64,000 nt of DNA from Callorhinchus milii (Eukaryota): contig NW_024704742.1 in the NCBI RefSeq assembly GCF_018977255.1, positions 126,666,001 through 126,730,000 on the forward strand, written 5' to 3'. Position numbers and translations under genes: made by a program. The stretch's first letter is position 1; every line of letters starts with the position of its first letter. The notes under the pieces are model-generated. The model did not search any database. It was given only the letters and a program-made list of their open reading frames with translations, and was not told where the DNA came from. This document shows positions 61,659 through 64,000 of the stretch, piece by piece.

Positions 61659-63115
61659 CTTGAAGAAAAATATAGATTGCTATTAGTAAGGATATCTCAG
61701 ATTTGATTACTTTTGTATCTTTGAACTTTCAGTATCAACGAAGATGTGTCCTATTGTTTATTTAAATGGTTTAATAAATTCACTGCAAAATTATGATGCC
61801 ATTTGGAATCCTTGGACATTATAGCACACAAGTGTGCCATTTGGCCCGCAATTGTTGTGATGGCTCTTTTAAACACCTATGCATTTAGACCTATATTCCT
61901 ACTTCAAACCCTTTCGGATATTTTCTTATCAAGTATTTTTTAAAATTCCCTTGTAAAACAAGGATGTACCCCGCTCACCTAATTCCAGAAAGTACTGCTC
62001 AACCACTATTTTTGCTAAGGCATTCCAGGGTATAAATTCCATGTAATTCTTTCTTAAAGAAATCAAAGATGCATTCAAGAAGAAGCTAGTCCTTCACAAG
62101 GGAGAGGAGAATAGAAGGGTATGGAATGCAGTAAGAAATGGATGAATACTCATGTGGAGTATAAATGCCGGCACAGACCGATTGGGTCACGTGCCCCGTT
62201 TCCATACTGTACATTCTTTCTAAATCTTTGCAAGAAGACATTTGAAAGGAACAGAATTTGGTGGAAAACGCCAACTCTCTGCTCAGGGGACTACCCAGCT
62301 CCTGCATTTACAGGTTGGTGACTATCCAGAACTCTGCAGCTCATGTCCTTTCCCGCTCTGAGACAACAACAACATTACATTACATTAGCGTCTTTCACGT
62401 TGGGAGGACGTCCCAAGGCGCTGGACAGTGTACAGCATATCAGACCCGAGCTGGGGTCAGGAGGGAAGAAGGGAAGGGAGGGGAAGGGGAGTGGTCGATG
62501 ACATGGTCGAAGATGAGGGTCTTGAGGCGGGACTTGAAGGAGGCTAAGGAGGGGGCGAGACATCCTCCTGACGTGAAATGTGCTATACAAATATTAATAG
62601 TATTGTATTGAAAACCAATCTACTGATCTTGTGAGGGGCCATCCTTCAGATGAGACATTAAACCAAGTACCCGTCTACCTCTTCGGTGGACGCATTGTTC
62701 GAAAAGAGAAGGGAATTTCCAATCACCCAGATAAAATTAGTCATTCACTTCATGTTTGTTTGTGGGACAAATTGACTACCACATCCACCTACAAAAATGT
62801 ACTGACCCTATCATTTATAATCACTCACACTCACACTCTTGGGTCTCCTAACGTTGGCTCCGGTCAATCTTCCCTCAATACTTTCTGGAATTAGGCGAGC
62901 AGGATACATTCCTCTGAACAGAGTGCACACTTCATTCTCGACAAAACTGAAAGCTCCAGGTATATTTGAACAAACTAACTCTCAATTGTTTGGTTTGAAT
63001 ACTCTTAGGCAGGATGCTGGGTTTCTGAATGTGTCAGCTGACCAAATAAACAAAAACAAAATCCAAACCTCTTTTCATCTTTAATAGCAGATATCTTCTT
63101 TGGCACATTTCTTAC

Positions 63116-63281
63116 CTTGTTGCTTTTCGTCAGGCATCACAGTGTTGCACAGTGAAAGAAGACGGAAGAATTCATGGACTTCATGTTTTTTTGTATTCAC
63201 AGCTTCCACTAGACTTTTGTCGTAGAAAACAAAGTTACTGTCTGCCATGGGATTAAATGAGAAATCTAGTTTTGGTGTTTT
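63116..63281 (-). CDS. ATP8B5: ATP8B-type P4-ATPase exon (N domain; gene starts beyond window)
   Basis: KTPKLDFSFNPMADSNFVFYDKSLVEAV...HEFFRLLSLCNTVMP; ccacag| acceptor, |gtaaga donor; 166 nt. Symbol inferred from adjacency to RUSC2. Confidence 0.85.
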
Positions 63282-64000
63282 CTGTGGAGATGATAAAATA
63301 GTTTTCAAATACTGTATATTCTAATTATTCCTAGTTACCCAATGAAAAGGAAATTGATATATTGCTCTTTTGTTAAAATAGTTGTTTGTCTATTTATAGT
63401 AACAATAATACAATTCTCAATGTTTGTAAGAATTTACATTTATTTTTAATTTCTATTGAACAAACGTTCCACAATTAGGTCTTACATATTTTGGATTTAA
63501 TAAGATTATTTACCTGGATTATGAACACAGAAAATTGGGATCATGAGCACAAAACTAATAAATCTTAATAGAGATTAGACATTTTTTAACCGCAGATTAG
63601 CAGATATATAGAGCAAATCTAACTCATTACAAATCTGGAGAACATATTTTCTTGAGGATAGTATTAATAATAATTTGGACATTTCATCCACAACATTTTG
63701 TGGGACACTGCTGTGGGCAATTGGCTGCGCGTTTCACCCACAAAATAGTCAATTCACTTCACAGTGAAGTGCTTTGAGACGTCTCGAAGACATGATAAGG
63801 AGCTATACCAAATGCAAGGATTATTATTATAAATTACAGGGACGGCCAGCAAAAGCATAATGCTTTATCAAACAACTTAAAAATATCATATATAATAAGA
63901 AAATTCTAGGAACAGGGTTGGATGTTGTAAAGATGACGAAAGATAGAGAATACTATGATTGATTCTAGGTCTACTGAAGATCTGTCCACTTGACTGTCAG

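Overview
Vertebrate nuclear genomic DNA, AT-rich and dense in repeats. The repeat content (L2 and CR1 LINEs, a tRNA-derived SINE ending in (ATT)n, Deu-domain SINEs and a Penelope-like element) suggests a cartilaginous fish, possibly a holocephalan; this is inference. Two spliced genes lie on the minus strand, tail to head. The first is the 3' part of a P4-ATPase phospholipid flippase of the ATP8B subfamily: 14 exons, 63281->44645, 739 codons plus stop, all GT-AG and in consistent phase. Its position directly upstream of RUSC2 suggests ATP8B5/FetA. The second is the 5' part of RUSC2 (iporin): a CpG-rich promoter and probable non-coding exon 1 near 38.9-39.1 kb, a ~29 kb first intron, and three coding exons (9611->7664, 2734->1943, 964->773). 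The most notable non-genic element is a ~600 bp Penelope-like remnant at 30.4-31.0 kb. It has inverted terminal repeats, each carrying a minimal type-I hammerhead ribozyme motif. Other observations are a uORF cluster just upstream of the RUSC2 ATG, a Tigger-like MITE, a nested fold-back element, an unclassified dispersed repeat, and many very short L2-tail insertions. No prokaryotic systems, CRISPR arrays or true tRNA/rRNA genes were found. Repeat boundaries were estimated by eye.
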